DNA of 63,979 nt, the filler included, from Basidiobolus ranarum (lineage: Eukaryota), in the NCBI GenBank assembly GCA_040143965.1. It is 4 parts of 4 records of this genome, joined end to end, with 100 filler letters (N's around TTAATTAATTAA, not from the genome) between each part and the next. Parts side by side here need not be neighbours in the genome. Positions count along the whole stretch, not along the records: positions 49,961 to 63,979 come from JASJQH010007321.1; 3 more parts are not named here. One strand, 5' to 3'. The notes below the pieces were generated by a model. It ran no database searches. It worked only from the letters and a program-made list of their open reading frames with translations, and was not told the origin of the DNA. The position numbers and the translations under genes are program-made. Below, piece after piece: positions 62,905 through 63,979 of the stretch. Positions within the stretch are counted from its first letter, which is position 1. Each line of letters opens with the position of its first letter.

Positions 62905-63979
62905 ATGTCTAGCTTTAGTTTTAGCGGCCTACGCTCCATGCTCCCTGCTATAAGCTCCGTAACCTCGATTCATACCGAAAAGGAGCTCTCGGAGCTAGTT
63001 GAGACAAAAATCATTTATCAGTCAGGTACTTTGGAAATATTCACTAAAGCTCCATACTTTTATAGTCTTTAATCGCTGCTTTAGGTGTTGACCTCGAAAG
63101 TAAGCCCCTGCTAGTTTTTTGTGCGTGCAACTTACCTAACCCTAAGGATACGGATTATGACCAAATGCTTCCGTATGTTTACCTGAAACTACTTACTTTT
63201 CTTCGGCTTTAAGTTGATATATACTTAATATTTCCCTTAAAGTTTAATTTTGGCTAAACTGGACCAGTTCGTCGAGAGCGATTATACGGTAGTTCTTTTC
63301 TCAGGCGGGGCAGTATACCGTCCCAGTTGGGTCTGGTTGCTGAAAGCTTATAGTAAACTCAGTCGCAAGTATGCTTCAATTATTTGCTGAATTTTCTTTC
63401 TCTTTAAAGGTCATCATTTAATATAAACCTTTAGATACAAGAAAAATCTCAAGAATCTTTATGTGGTTCACCCATCAAGATGGCCCCGACTTATCTTGGA
63501 TATGATGAATATAGTCATAAGGTAGTTGAGTCCCTTTACGATGCCCACTTCAGCTTTTATTTACGATTTTTGAAAATATTTACAGTCCTAAATTCGCGAG
63601 AAAAGTAGTATACGTTGAAACAATATCAAAGTTGGCTAGTTACGTACCAATTAAACAAATACAAATACCGGATGCCGTCTATGAGTTTGTAATATCGAGT
63701 TTCTGATTTACAATTGTCAATATTATTTACTTTAAATTCTTGAATTAGCTGTAATCTCCAGTTCGAGTCACAAATCATTATTCCTAGCATCTACGATAAA
63801 GGCCCTTACACACCACTAGCTTTCGGAGTACCATTAGAGAGCTTAATGGGTCACGATGCTGAACTTGGAGTCCCGCAATTCTTTTACGAATGCGTTGAAT
63901 TTGTCAGGACTCAAGGTTTCTATTGCAGTTTAAATATAATTCATGATAAACTAGTTTAACAAACATCTACTTGAAGGCA
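62905..63979 (+). CDS. BCH/CRAL-TRIO plus RhoGAP protein (ARHGAP1/p50RhoGAP-like), runs off the window end
   Basis: Missed by the ORF track because of short exons: IIYQSG|VDLESKPLLVFCACNLP, LDQFVESDYTVVLF..RPSWVWLLKAY, YKKNLKNLYVVHPS, SPKFARKVVYV, FGVPLESLM..VPQFFYECVEF. Confidence 0.9.

Overview
AT-rich eukaryotic genomic DNA with short GT-AG introns of about 50-80 nt. The gene set fits an early-diverging fungus (Zoopagomycota/Mucoromycota-like; this is an inference). Three artificial 100-bp spacers (N44-TTAATTAATTAA-N44) split the window into four contigs, so adjacency across them is unproven. Housekeeping genes: condensin Cnd1/YCS4, MAF1, NC2-beta, UVSSA, NOT1, a RING+BRCT BRCA1/BARD1-like gene, SDF2, PIG-M, GCP4, GMPPA and a BCH-RhoGAP. 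Regulatory or accessory genes: C2H2 and Zn2Cys6 transcription factors, a PRL phosphatase, Ras, a GNAT, an UNC93-like transporter, a secreted isochorismatase-like protein, a CBM18 protein and a GH46 chitosanase. The most notable signal is largely hidden in the ORF track: a decayed, apparently intron-containing Fanzor (eukaryotic TnpB/Cas12-related RNA-guided nuclease). It lies in two minus-strand pieces (49403-49860 and 46544-47076) that share a 125-bp duplication, with a hairpin-rich candidate omegaRNA directly after the stop codon. Also notable are an in-frame TGA inside an otherwise intact UVSSA gene, a bacterial-type GH46 gene and a foldback/tandem repeat block.
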